A stretch of 64,000 nucleotides of DNA, taken from Eledone cirrhosa. Taxonomy: Eukaryota. The stretch spans positions 56,296,001 to 56,360,000 of the forward strand of contig OZ024749.1 of assembly GCA_964016885.1 (NCBI GenBank), in the 5' to 3' direction. The notes under the pieces are model-generated. The model made no database searches. It was given only the letters and a program-made list of their open reading frames with translations, and had not been told where the DNA came from. Every line of letters begins with the position of its first letter. Within the stretch, counting starts at the first letter, position 1. A program made the position numbers and the translations under genes. This document shows, one piece after another, positions 39,429 through 53,884 of the stretch.

Positions 39429-40299
39429 CACTCAAGACTGGACTGGTTGAAAATCAATAACATAAGAAGGAGTAAAGATTTTAGAGGACAATAAGGGACC
39501 TTCAGTGGAGAACAATGAGTGGTGGTGTGAGGAGATAAAAGCAGAGGGGGGGTATTGGTTTGGTATTAAAAGTAGGGCAGTTGATCTAACTAGTAGTGGT
39601 GGTGGTAGTGGTGGTAGTGTTGATGAGGGTGGTGGTGGTGGTGGTAGTGGTGGGGAGAAGAAGAAAAAGAAAAAGAAGAACAATAACAACAACAACAACC
39701 GTACCACCAACACCACCAATAACAATAACAACAACAACAACCACAACTAACAGCAACAGTAGCAGCAGTTGCTAATAATGCTGATTTGTGAAGAACTGAA
39801 GAATACTACAGTAACAAAACCCTTATAGAATTTGACAGATCCGGCCAAGAGATGTCCGGAAAGAGGGAGAAGATTGGTCGTGAAGTTGATTAGAGACCTT
39901 TCTAATAAAATGTCCATCTCGCTGAATACCAGCAATATGGTCAAGCTATCTTTAATATAAACTGGAATAAAACTTGCCTTTATTATCTAGCGAACCTTGA
40001 AGGAAGTGCTACAGTAAGGGGGAAGTTGAAATTCTTCACTGCTGCCTTTTTGCCATTTTTGAAAGACACGCTACAAGATTTCAGACAATCTAAGTAATTC
40101 TATTTTCTCTCAGTTCACTTAACTGGAATTAGTCAATAAAGTCTCTTCTGTCGGTGAAGAAGATGATGATTATGTCTCTTCTGTTGGTGAAGAAATGGTC
40201 AAATTAGTATCCTGCTTACACAAAAGCATTTACTATAACAATTCGACTACTACATACACTTACTTCTCAGAATCATTTAACTTTTAACATCCGGTACTG

Positions 40300-40495
40300 T
40301 ATGTAAGTGTATTGGATTTGCGATCATGTCGTGGGTTTGATTCCTGGAGTAGGTTGTATGTTGTGTTCTTGAGCAAAACACTTCATTTCATGTTGCTCCA
40401 ATATACACAGCTGAAAATGAGTAGCTGTAGCTGGGGGTTTAACCTTGCTATGGACTGGTGTCCTGTCTAGGAGGGCATTTTGAACTCTCAGTCTT
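40300..40495 (+). mobile_element. Diverged CORE-like SINE
   Basis: B-box-like GGTTTGATTCC, then TGTGTTCTTGAGCAAAACACTTCATTTCATGTTGCTCCA..CAGCTGAAAATGAGT, homologous to the segment at 15275-15325. Confidence 0.6.
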
Positions 40496-42474
40496 CCTCC
40501 CTTCCCTATCCCTAAATATCTGCCCTAACCCTAAGCCTACGCTAAAACCCCTTATTATAAAAGCGACAATGGATTGGCAGAAGTGGTAGAACGCCAGACA
40601 AAAACCAAAAAAAGAACAACAAAAAACAACTATTAATTTTTCCAAACCAAGTTTTTGCAGAAGATTACAACCGTCTCCTAAACAGACACCAACATATTAC
40701 TGGTATATGTTTTGTGTCAACAATGTAGAGATAAAAAAAAACTTAAAACCCTAATCAAACGCAGCAGTATTTGAACACAAAACAACGAGGGATGAAACTA
40801 GATATTGTGGATTGATGCATTTAATTCAGTGTTCTGTTGCTGCATGGTCAACTGCACCACCTCCCAAAGTATTAATATTCCTAACCAAACATTTAAAAGT
40901 TTCTATAAACAAGAAGCCCATACAGTTATTTTGTTGACACAAAGTGTGAAAGCTCTCACCCTTTATCACATTACACAGCAACCACTAAATATTTAGATAA
41001 GCTACAACAGCCCTATCTAAAACTATCAGTTCTGTCTCTCTCTTTAATTCCATTTAGCAGATAAAATGGATTAACAAAACAGAAAATAAATTTATTCTTT
41101 AAATTAATCTTTTCTTTCTTTCTTTCTTTCTTTTAAGGTGAGAGAAATTTGCAGAATCTTCAAAAAACTCTTATAGCAATTTATCAGTTAGAACAAGGCT
41201 TTGGGTATTATTTCAAGACATCCAGTAAAATATTCTAATGAATAAATCATTCTTATAGTGTCCATTGAAATCTACCACCATCCCATTACATTAATCAAAA
41301 TATTTTAAACAGGACAAAAATAAATAACTAAATAAACAAACAAACAAACATAATAAATAATTAAATAAATACAACAAATAATTAAATAAATATAACAAAG
41401 AAACAAAAAGCAAAAACAAAACACACAAAAAAAACAAAAAACAAAAGCCAAGGGAATTTTTAATTGTACATCTAGATTCTGCTAAATTCTTAACCATCGC
41501 TAATTATGAATGGATCATAAATTATCCACAGTGAGACTGTATGTAGATGCATCTCTTGTATAATGAGCTGTGCATGAATCAAGTAGCTTTTTATCACATT
41601 ACTATTGCAGAGCAATATTTTTCTGTCAATAGCTTTGTAAATCTAATTCTGAAGGCTTGTTCTCACAGTACATTTTTACTGTTTAATTTATTGCAGCACA
41701 ATGAATATCTTCTGCGTTCATTTTTCTCCTGAAATTTATTGCCATACCGTGAATATTTCAAATGAATGAAATTTTGTTTGTACAAGAAGAAACAAAAACA
41801 GACATGATTGTCAATGTGTGTGGGGGGGGGGGGAAGAAGAAGAAGAAGAGGAAGAAGAAGAAGAAGAGTGAGAAGAAGAAGAAGAAGAAGAAGAAGAAGA
41901 AGAAGAAGAAGAAGAAGAAGAAGAAGAAGAAGAAGAAGAAGACAATGGTGACAAAGAGAGAAGAACAATAAAAAGAAGAAGCTGCTTATATGAAAAGAGG
42001 AGAATTTCCATTCTTATTTAACTGGAGTAATTTAGAAAGCCCACTCTAAGAACATCATTGTAATTCCATGTTACAAGAGGTGGTGGTAACAACAAATATT
42101 TCCGAATCTCTTTTTCACTGAAACACTCTCAACAGATTCAATTAACGCTTATTGTCAAAAGCTAAATGAAATCGTCAGCTTTCTTGGAGATTTCAAATCA
42201 AGGAATCTAACTTCACAAGACTTATTGGCCATTGAAAGAAAGGCAAATGGAATAACAAACATGCATGTTCCAATCTGCTGCCATATTTATCTTACTTTTG
42301 AAATTCTTCGTCTTTGAAATTTTTGCTGTTGCAGGGAACTTAAATTAAATTTAGTTATGACTAAGATTTAGTCTTCCTTTCTACTATATACATTAGTTAG
42401 ATATGAATAGATTCTTATAGGTTTCTTCACTTGCATGTAAAGACAGAAATATATAGATACATACAAACATAAAT

Positions 42475-42553
<79 letters not shown>

Positions 42554-43213
42554 TATATATATACATCAACATACAAACATATACACACACATATATAAGC
42601 ACCCATACACAGTAATATAGCACATACACCCACACATATACACATCGACATACAAGCATATACACACATATATATACACATCAACATACGAACATATACA
42701 TACATATATAAGCACACACACAGATATATACACATCGACTTACAAACATATACATACATATACATATAGACATATACACACATATACATACATGGACATA
42801 CAAACATATACATACATAAGCACACATACACATATATATATATATATACATGGACATACAAACATATACGTACATACATAAGCACACATACACATATATA
42901 TATACATGGACATACAAACATATACATACATACATAAGCACCCACAAAATATATATACATGGACATACAAACATATACATACATACATAAGCACACATAC
43001 ACACATATATATATATATTGACATACAAACATATATATACATATATAAGCACACACCCATATATATATATATCGACATACAAACATATACACACAGTAAT
43101 CCATACTTAGAGAAAGGGAAAGTAGAGTCAGGAATCGAATGTCTGATAGTTGAACTATTTCAATAACAAAAGTTTTGGCTACCAAAATAATTTAAGTTTG
43201 ACTGTCAGGCATT

Positions 43214-43299
<86 letters not shown>

Positions 43300-43425
43300 C
43301 AAAAGGAAAACCAAGGTTGTTATTCAAATTTAATCTTTAAGTTCTACAATAGTTTCTATGGAGATAAATGTCATGCCAGTATACAGAATCAATCTATTTA
43401 TATATATATATATACTCTAATACTC

Positions 43426-43465
<40 letters not shown>

Positions 43466-44924
43466 ATACATGTCACTGTTTAAATCATATTTCTATTTAC
43501 AGGATGTGACCTTAAAGACACAGAAATACACATACACTTACACACACAACACACACACACACACTGTAGCAATTAACTAAGAGTTGCTAGTCTAGACCAG
43601 CAGCACCTCAATGTATTTCAATTGTTAGAAATTAATGTTTTGTGGAAATAAGGAGATCAGGTTTGATTCATTTCCATAGAGAGAGATAGGGAGAAAGAGA
43701 TAGACAATTGTGAATGGAAAGAAGAGGAGGTAATTACAAGAAGCCAGCAGAAAGTGGTTAGTACTGCCACCGAGGAAATTAGTATTAATTATCTGATTTC
43801 GGACAATTGACTGAAGAACTATTTCGAGAGAAAAAATTAAATCGTGAGACTAATGACGACAAAGATATTATAAAAAATATAAAATAAAATAAAATAAATA
43901 AAATTCAGAAAAATAATAAAATTAATGAATAAATAAATAAATAAATGAAAAATTGAACTAATTAAAAATAAATACATAAATGAATAGTTGATTGGAAATA
44001 GTTAAATAAAAAAAAATATAGACAAAAACAAAACATACACACATGCTTACACACAAGCACACTCACACACATATACACTTGTACATAAATATACATCAAC
44101 ATAAGCATGCAACATCTACACAAGAAAACACATACAAACACACAAGCACACACATACACACATACAATAGCAGACATGCACACATATACATATATCTATA
44201 CATAAGCACACATAAACACATACGTACAAGCATACCCACACATCCAGACATACCTACACACACACACACCTACACACACACACATATCTACACACACACT
44301 CACACATCTCTGAAACAGTTCCATAAAACTTTATTTTTTCAACAACCAAAAAACAATACAATACAATATAATACAATATAATATAATATAAAACAATATA
44401 ATATAATATAATGTAATTCTCTTTAATAATTCAGGAAAATAATGTTTTGATTACATAACTAACAATTTAGTGTAAGAAGAAACGGTGGGGCCGGGTAGGT
44501 GGGGTGTAATGGATAATAGTGAGGGGAGGGGTTACAAGGGGGGGCTGGAGAAGGGGGTGACTGGTTGGGGCAAACATGTATTATATCTGACAGAGAATCG
44601 GTGGGGTGTGTGAGTGATAGGGGGACAGGGTCTCATGTTTTCTTGTGTTTGTTGTGTTGTGTTGTGTTGTGTTGTGTTGTGTTGTGTTGTGTTGTGTTGT
44701 TTTTACTGCCACCACAATATGCCGTAACTAATGAGTTGGCAAGCTGAAATAGAACATTTATTTGAAGAATATGAAGAGGGTGAGAGGGATGTGGGTAGGA
44801 AATAGAGAGGGTGAGAAGGAAGTGGATAGGGAATAGTGAGGGTGAGAAGAAGGTGGGTAGGGAATAGAGAGGGTGAGAAGAATGTGGGTAGGCAATAGAG
44901 AGGATGAGAGGGATGCATGTAAAG

Positions 44925-45085
44925 GGCCGCTAAGCATGTTGCCCAACGTTCTACCGACTCTGCCAATAATAATAATTGTTTTTACTTTCGGCACAAGGCC
45001 AGTGCATTACTGGTACTTTATTCTCTCGACGCCGTAAGGATGAAAGGCAAAGTTAACCTAGGCGGGATTTGAACTCAGACCGTAA
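44925..45085 (-). mobile_element. Two adjacent partial tRNA-SINE copies
   Basis: Head of one copy (CTACCGACTCTGCCAAT) followed by the tail and middle of another. Confidence 0.7.
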
Positions 45086-46246
45086 CACAAGGGAAGATAG
45101 ATGTGTGATAGAGAGAGAGAGTTGATACCAGAGAGAGCGGGAGACCTGACACCAGGGAAGATAGATGTGTGATAGAGGGAGAGAGTTGATACCAGAGAGA
45201 GCGGGAGACCTGACACCAGGGAAGATGGATGTGATAGAGAGAGAGAGTGAGGAGGGAGATGACACCAGGAGTGAGAGGGGGATGAGAGAGAGAGAGATGA
45301 CACCAGGAGTGAGAGGGGGATGAGAGAGAGAGAGGGAGAGGAGGATGAGAGAGACAAGGAAGATGGATGTGATATGACCAAAACCTCATCACAACAAACT
45401 TTACTGAATAATAATTCTTTTATTTTTTCTTAGTTCAATATTGTTTGCTTTATATTTATTTTATTTTATTGTTGTTATTCATTATTGTTATCATCATCAT
45501 CATCAGCACCACTACCATCAACACCACTACCATCACCATCACCACCATCATCACCACTACCATCATCACCACTACCATCAACACCACTACCATCAACATC
45601 ACCACCATCATCACCACTACCATCATCACCACTACCATCAACACCACCACCATCACCACAATCATCATCACCACCATCATCATCACCACCACCATCACCA
45701 CCATCATCATCACCACCATCAACATCACCATCACCATCATAATAATAATTATTTATCCCCAAAAAATATAAAAAGGAGAACAGGAATTTTGTGGTGTAAC
45801 ATTTTCAAAAATTGATAGAACAATATTCACACCACCACCACCACCACCACCACAATCACCATCACTACCACCACAATCACCATCACTACCACCACAATCA
45901 CCATCACAACCACCACAACCATCACCACCACCGTCGTCCACACTGTCACCACCACCTCCATCGCCACCACCACCGACAACACCAACACTACCACCATCAC
46001 CACCACAACCACCACCATCATCACTACCACCCCTAAAACAACAACACTACCAGCAACAACAATACAATACACACAACAAATAAAAACAAAAAAAAATTAG
46101 ATGTATTGATGGTGGCGGTGGAGGTGGTATGAGGGGGGGGGGGGTATAGAGAGGTTAGAAGTGTGGGTGTTCTTGAGAGAGAGAGAGAGACTTAAAGAAA
46201 GATAGACAGGAACAAAGACAGAGAGAGAGACAGACAGAGAGAAGAG

Positions 46247-46287
<41 letters not shown>

Positions 46288-46802
46288 GAGGGAGAGAAAG
46301 AGAGAGAGAGAGAGAGAGACTGAGAGAGAAAGGGGTAGGGAAAGCGAGAGAGAAAGAAAGAGAATAAGAGAGAGTAGGATAGAGAGAGAGAGAGAACGAA
46401 ACAGAAAGAGAGAGAAAATGAAAGAGTGAGAGAGGGAGAGGGTGAGAGAGAGAGAATGAGAGAGAGTGAGAGTGACAGTGAGAGAGAGAGAGGGTGAGAG
46501 AGAGAGAGAGAGAGGGGGGTTATCTAATTTATATTCATCATTTGTATAAGCTGACAAATATGAGTTGGATGTTTTGTCTAGCCATGGCAACAGGTAATTA
46601 TTTAGAATGACTTCTCAAAAGTTGGAGTAGTTTGTTGACATTAGACACATTCCTTAATATTTCATAGTTTTAGAGATGGCTTGGAACACCACCACCACCA
46701 TAACAGCCATCACCACCACCACAGCCACCAACACCAACACCAACATAACCACCACTCTATGTTTACACACACATATATATATACATATATACATATATAT
46801 GA

Positions 46803-46842
<40 letters not shown>

Positions 46843-46902
46843 CCGATGCTAGAATGGAAAATGGGCGTGAAACGAGGATGATGATGATATATATATATAC
46901 AT

Positions 46903-47277
46903 ATGACACACGACCGTGACTTCTGGCGTCACGCAGTAATACAGGGTACCCGACCTCCCATGGGTACATGCTGAAGCATATAAACAATATGCCCCCCCCC
47001 CCCCACCGCAAGGTGGTCGTGGAGGTGCCACGGCAAAAAAGCACCCAGCCCACACTGTAAAGTGGACGTGTAGGCGCCACGAAAAAGCACCCAGCACTCA
47101 CTGTAAATGAGGTTGGTGTTAGGAAGGGCATCCAGCTGTAGAAATCAAGCCAGATCAGTTCCTGTATGAGCAAGGCATGGTCAGCCGACCAGACACTGCC
47201 CACAACAGGACAACCCGTCTAACCCATGCTAGCGTGGAAGAACGGACGTAAAACGGTGATGATGACGGTGATGATGA
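46903..47277 (+). mobile_element. RTE-clade LINE 3' fragment with long 3' UTR
   Basis: Encodes MTHDRDFWRHAVIQGTRPPMGTC* (stop 46972-46974), homologous to the RTE C-termini at 51107 and 59657. A ~300-bp UTR ends in GGACGTAAAACGGTGATGATGA. Confidence 0.8.
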
Positions 47278-47419
47278 CATATATAAATCATCATCATCAT
47301 CATCGTTTAACGTCCATTTTCCACACTAGCATGGATATATATATATATAGAGAGAGAGAGAGTGACGAAATATATATATATATTATATATATATGTATAT
47401 ATATATATATAGAGTGACG

Positions 47420-47508
<89 letters not shown>

Positions 47509-47637
47509 GAAGTTCTATTTAAATTGTTGGGATATAACAAGCAAATATTTTTATAACTGATTTAAAGCACTCAACAAATTATTGGAGTAAAAATACGATA
47601 TATTAACAAATGGAAACTATATTTATAAAACCATATT

Positions 47638-47702
47638 TATTTCATTATACATATTTCAAGGACACCAAGTTAAATTATGGTGCGCTTTCATCAGATAAAA
47701 TA
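47638..47702 (-). ncRNA. Minimal type I hammerhead ribozyme fold
   Basis: UAUUUUAU-CUGAUGA-AAGCGCACCA(loop)UGGUGUCCUU-GAAA-UAUGUAUA-AUGAAAUA: 8-bp stem I, stem II, short stem III, AUA cleavage triplet. Confidence 0.7.
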
Positions 47703-48093
47703 TAATATAGAGCATTTTATAAATAAATATTGACATACCCTTAGAGAATGACCATTTCTGTTGGAAGCTCCCGGATAGTGGGGTTATTAAATTTATTTAG
47801 TCTATTATGCAAATTAGTGTCGGATATGTTAAAATCACAGTAGATTTAAAATAAGCCGTTGAAGTATGGAAAAAAAAGGGAAAGAAAAGAAAAAGAGAAA
47901 AAAGAGAAAAAGAGAAAACAGAGCAAACTCTAAGAGTAAAATAAGAAAACAAGAGAAAGAGAAAGAGAAAGAGAAAGCCCTAAGTGATAGGTTGTTGTAT
48001 TAGCGTAACTTTTAAGATGAAGTGAAAAAATAAATATTTATTGGATGAGTTAGGAAGAGTAAATAAGCGTGAATAGAAAACTGATCTATATTA

Positions 48094-48158
48094 TATTTTA
48101 TCTGATGAAAGCGCACCATAATTTAACTTGGTGTCCTTGAAATATGTATAAAGAAATA
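48094..48158 (+). ncRNA. Minimal type I hammerhead ribozyme fold (stem I mismatch)
   Basis: Same fold on the plus strand, with the 3' strand of stem I reading AAGAAAUA. Confidence 0.55.
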
Positions 48159-48200
48159 AATATGGTTTTATAAATATAGTTTCCATTTGTTAATATATCG

Positions 48201-48331
<131 letters not shown>

Positions 48332-48647
48332 CAAGTAAATATAAATTAATATATATGATGAAACACAAATACCAACATATCTGTGTTTATATTGTAAAAG
48401 AAATTAAGTTAACTAGAATGAAATATACTAATTATAATATTACAGTTTGCCTATCTCGATTTAAAATAATAAATCAATAAAAACAAACAGTAATGGCAAA
48501 TGGCCATGGTGTTTAGACAAATTTAAATTTCAAAATCAAACCTGTTCCGTAGATAATTTATATTTACTTGTATTATACGGCTCAGAAATATTTCTTTCTT
48601 TGAGCTATTTCATTGTAAAGGAATGCTTGAGTTTTGAACTCAATACA

Positions 48648-48736
<89 letters not shown>

Positions 48737-48737
48737 G

Positions 48738-48769
<32 letters not shown>

Positions 48770-48911
48770 TATATATATATACACAAACACCAATTATTGA
48801 GGAATATTTTTTGTTGACTGTTGATATGTACCTTTGAGCTGTATTGCTATCAGTTATCAGCCATGTTGTATCATCACCATCATCACCATCACCATCACTA
48901 TCATCATCACT

Positions 48912-48945
<34 letters not shown>

Positions 48946-48994
48946 CCATCACCACCATCACCATCATCACCATCATCACCATCATCATCATCAT

Positions 48995-49164
48995 TGGGGA
49001 ATTTTTTTTGTTGTTTTATGTTATTTTATATTTTTATATTATTTTATATATATTCAATGTTAATAGTTTAGTTATGTATTTTTACTTGATTTTATTGTAG
49101 CCCCCCCCCCCCCCTTGTCATTGTATTGTCCCCTATTTGTCGTCCCTTGTGGCCAATAAAGAAA
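48995..49164 (+). mobile_element. 3' UTR fragment of a Tx1-related LINE inserted in (CAT)n
   Basis: Ends CCCCCCTTGTCATTGTATTGTCCCCTATTTGTCGTCCCTTGTGGCCAATAAAGAAA, aligning with the subfamily B end CCCCCTTTGTATTTGTCCCCTTCTTTTGTGCCCCTGTGGCTAATAAAGAAA. (CAT)n on both sides. Confidence 0.7.
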
Positions 49165-49330
49165 TCATCATCATCATCATGATTATTATCATTATTATCA
49201 ATAACATTATTATTATTTAAAAAAAATAAAAATAAAAGGATAAAAATAAAAGGATAAAAATAAAAGGATAAAAATAAAAGGATAAAAATAAAAGGATAAA
49301 AATAAAAAAAAAATTAAATTAAAAAGAATA

Positions 49331-49364
<34 letters not shown>

Positions 49365-50435
49365 TCGCCACCACCATTACTACTACTACTACTACCACCA
49401 CCACCACTCCTACTACTACCACCACTACTACTACTACAACAACAACTACTATCACCACCACCACCACCACCACTCTACTACTACCACCACCACCACCACC
49501 ACTCTACTACCACCACCACCACCACCACCACTCTACTACCACCACCACCACCACCACCACTACAGTAATACAACTCTACACCACCAGCTATAGTTATCAC
49601 TCGACACTCTTGTTCAACATTGTTGCTGCTGAGATATATCAGAGAAATATTGGGGCCATTAGTTTTGGTGTTTTGGGGGGTTTTCTTTGTTTTTGCAATA
49701 TTCTGGGTATTGGGGGTTTTCAGGGAGGGGGTGGGGTGTTATGGAGTTAGGGGGGGGTTAGGGAGCTAGGGGAGGTTGGAAGATTTTTGATTTTTGTTTT
49801 TTCTTAAAAGTTATTGGAGAAAGAAAGAATTATTAATAACACCTTAACCTTTTGACATGTAATGTATATATGTATGTATGTATATATGTATGTATGTATA
49901 TATCTATGTATGTATATATGTATGTATGGAAGTATATATGTATATACGTATGTATATATGTATATATGAATGGAAGTATATATGTATGGGAGTATATACG
50001 TATGTATGTATATATGTATGTATGTATATATGTATGTATATATGTATGTATGGAAGTATATATGTATATACGTATGTATATATGTATATATGTATATATG
50101 TATGGAAGTATATATGTATGGGAGTATATACGTATGTATGTATATATGTATGTAAGGAAGTATATATGTATGTATATATGTATGGAAGTATATATGCATG
50201 TATATATGTATGTATGTATGTATGTATGGAAGTATATACGTATGTATGTATGTATATATGTATGTATGGGAGTGTATATGTATGTATGTATATATGTATG
50301 GAAGTATATAAGTATATATGTATGTAAGTATATATGTATGTATGGAAATATATATATATATAAAAGCTTTTCCTACTGTCTTGGTACACACACAAACATA
50401 CATGCGCACGCACACACACACACACATATATATTT

Positions 50436-50467
<32 letters not shown>

Positions 50468-50672
50468 ATATATATATATATATATATGTATATACAGAAA
50501 GACAGATATTTCATTAAAGACCAACTCAGGCAAATATAGATATATACATGTATGTCAATATTAAAAACAACTGGCGCAAGCATTAAGTTATACAAATAGA
50601 TGGTGTACTTTATCATTATATCTGCAGAGAATGTAGCTATAAAATATATGTCATATCCATTTAACTAGCAGT

Positions 50673-50717
<45 letters not shown>

Positions 50718-50818
50718 TTAACATACTATATACATATTTAATTTGGATTATTGATGCTCTGGGCAAATGTCCATTGAGCCTTTCTCCTGAAAAACACAAG
50801 CATCATATATATGATACG

Positions 50819-50878
<60 letters not shown>

Positions 50879-51086
50879 TATATATATACCTTGATTAAAT
50901 CTTAACCATTTAACATCTCAGGGTATGTCATGTATCATTATATTTTGTCTGATGAGGACGTACTGTTGTATATATATATGTATATATATATATATGATAC
51001 TATTTATATATATATGATACTATATATATCATACTGTATATATATATATGATACTATTTATATATATATATATATGATACTATATA

Positions 51087-51583
51087 TCATCATCATCATC
51101 ATCATTTTACGTCCGCTTTTCCCTGCTTGCAAGGGTGGGACGGGTCTTATTCAGCACAGCATCTCTCCACTCGTCACGGTCCCTCGTCATCTCCACCGTG
51201 AGCTTCAATGATCTGAGGTCTGTTCTCACCACCTCCGCCCATGTTTTTCGTGGTCTACCTCTACCGCTGGCATTTCCTGGCACTTCTTCACCCATCGGTC
51301 ATCCTCCATGCGCATCACATGTCCATACCACCTCAGTCTCCTCTCCCGTACACTACATTCTATCCCTCTCAGACACAGTTTCTCTCTCAACACATTTATG
51401 CTGGGTCGTTCACGCACATTTACACTGCACATCCAACGGAGCATGCTTGCCTCATTTCTCTCCAGCCGTCGCATATCCTCTGCGGTTGCTGCCCATGTCT
51501 CACTACCATGCAGCATCGCGCTCCTCACACAGGCATCATACAACCGGCCTTTCGTACGCAGGGAGAAACCCTTCTTCGTCAAC
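51087..51583 (-). mobile_element. 5'-truncated RTE-clade LINE (frameshifted) with ~25-bp TSD
   Basis: Encodes KGRLYDACVRSAMLHGSETW..RERRLRWYGHVMRM.., then frameshifts to GRPRKTW..DRDEWR..KTRPTLASREKRT*. (TGA)n tail. ATATATATATATATGATACTATATA at 51062-51086 and 51584-51608. Confidence 0.88.
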
Positions 51584-52279
51584 ATATATATATATATGAT
51601 ACTATATAGATATATTTATTTAATGATTCAACATGGTAACAAAGATTTTAGGGTGAAAGTGAAAAATATAGGAGGGGGGGGGAGATGTTGTGATTATTTT
51701 TTAATATAAGGAAAAGTATATATATACCCACAGGTTGATTAAGTCCTACTGTTGATTAAGTCCTACAGGTGAAACTATGTTCTACAGTGAAAACCTGTTA
51801 GCTGTAGTGGTGGTGGGTTGGGGTGGTGGGTTGGGGTGGTGGGGAGGTTTGATAAAGATATATCGATATGGAGTGGTTGAGGAGTATATTTGGATAAAGG
51901 TCTTACAGCTGCAAACATGTTCTACAAGGAAAACATGTTAGAGGTAGTGTAGTGATAAATGAATGGTTGTTAGGTGTGGGGATGAGGGTGGTTGTTGGGT
52001 GTGGGCACGAGCTGGCGAGAGGCAACCCTTTCATGACTGCATTTCTTGACTTTTTCACAAAATAAGTACAGCATGTAGTGTGTAGTGTAGTATGTAGTGT
52101 AGCATGTAGTGCAGCGTGTAATATGTAGGGAGAAGGATTGGCAAATGAGAACTTATCTGGTGGGGCCGGCAACACGAATGCTCCTACAGTGGTCCCTAAT
52201 TACTACAGGGTCATCTGATAACCCTGTGGTAAACAGGCAAAAATCCAGAGTAGCAAGATTCACTTTTGAGTATATGTGT

Positions 52280-52705
52280 ATAATAATAATAATAATAATG
52301 AAATTATTGTGTACAGTACTCAGGTGCACTACAACTCATCAAAGGTGCATGTATAGTACATAGAATAATGTAGAAATGTCAGGAAAATGAACAGTGTACG
52401 AGTCATAAAATACATGTATGGAGGGGGGCATCAGGTGTGTTGGCGAATTTCAGGAAGCATGGAGGTTTTAAAGGATGCAGTGTCTCGACAGCTAATAACT
52501 GATGCAGGGATGTTCCATGGAGGTTTTAAAGGATGCAGTGTCTCGACAGCTAATAACTGATGCAGGTAGTTTATTCCATGCTTCAGCAACTCTAAGCGTG
52601 AACAACTGTTTCCGAAAGTAATGGGAGTTGTGCTGTTTTCTGACTTTGTTGGCATGCCCACGTGTGTTAGACACATGGAGATCAAAAAGGTGCTCAGGGT
52701 TGTGT
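52280..52705 (-). mobile_element. CR1-like LINE 3' fragment with (ATT)n tail
   Basis: Encodes NTRGHANKVRKQ..FRKQLFTLRVAEAWNKLPASVISC. Same family as 6410-7136. Confidence 0.82.
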
Positions 52706-53495
52706 GTACATATATATATATATCTACATACATAAACACACATATGCCTGCTATTGTAAGTACTGCTAGAGCTAGAGGGCTAATTCTGTGAAACTTTTAT
52801 AGAAGCAACAACAAAACGACAACAGCAACAACAACAAAAGCAGCACCAACAGCAACAGTAGTAGCAGCAATAGTTTTCTTCTTTATTATCACACCACTTA
52901 GTAACTACAAAGCTACAAAAGGATTAATGCAATGAACCAATCCATACGAATAGATTACCAATTTAGGCAGCAGGTCGGGGTGGCAAAGAAGGGTGTTGTC
53001 TTATCAGGGGAATATTTTCCAAACCTCAGATAAGAATACCTTCCATCACATGGAATTAAGACAGGTGTGTGTGTTTTTAGAATTTCCATTGAAAACAGAA
53101 TTTTCTATTGAAAACATAAAACTTCCTATTCACACATCTATTCTCTGGCAGTTTTCTAAATGTGGAATTGCTAGTGATAGAATGATAAATATTTGTAGCT
53201 TGTTGTTGTTTTGGTGGTGGTGTTGTTGTTGTTGTTGTTGTTGTTGAATGCTATTTCATAATCAGAATAAATAGCAACAAAGAATCGGCAAGAACCATAG
53301 AATTCTTTTGTTTTAGTATAGAAGAACTGCTTTGCTTTAACTCTTTCACTACTTGCCACCACACCACTACACCACTGCCACACCACCACACCACCACCAC
53401 CGCCACACCCTTTCAAGATGTTTGACAGCATTGGAAGAGATGCTAGATAGAAGATAGCGAGGGGAGAAGAGGCAGCAAGGATGGAAAATTAGTGT

Positions 53496-53577
<82 letters not shown>

Positions 53578-53797
53578 CATACAGACAGACAGATAGACAG
53601 TTAGATACATAAACAGATAGAGACACAGATAGTGAGACAGACATAGATAGATAGACAGTAGCTAGCCAAACAGACAACCAGACATAGAGGCAAATAGCTA
53701 AATCCAATCATGTATAGGTAAATAGACAGAAAAATATATAGGCAGATTAATAGGTAGATAGACATGAAAATAGATAAATTGATATATATATATAAAT

Positions 53798-53870
<73 letters not shown>

Positions 53871-53884
53871 TGTATATATATGTA

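Larger units (their letters stand above)
47506..48200 (-). mobile_element. Penelope-like element remnant with inverted terminal arms, inserted in (TA)n
   Basis: 47593-47710 is the reverse complement of 48086-48203 and both arms carry a hammerhead core. A second copy lies at 62279-62719. Confidence 0.75.

Noticed and set aside
42010-42340. Possible decayed hAT transposase remnant on the minus strand
   Set aside because: Only a faint resemblance amid many stops. It cannot be supported without a profile search.
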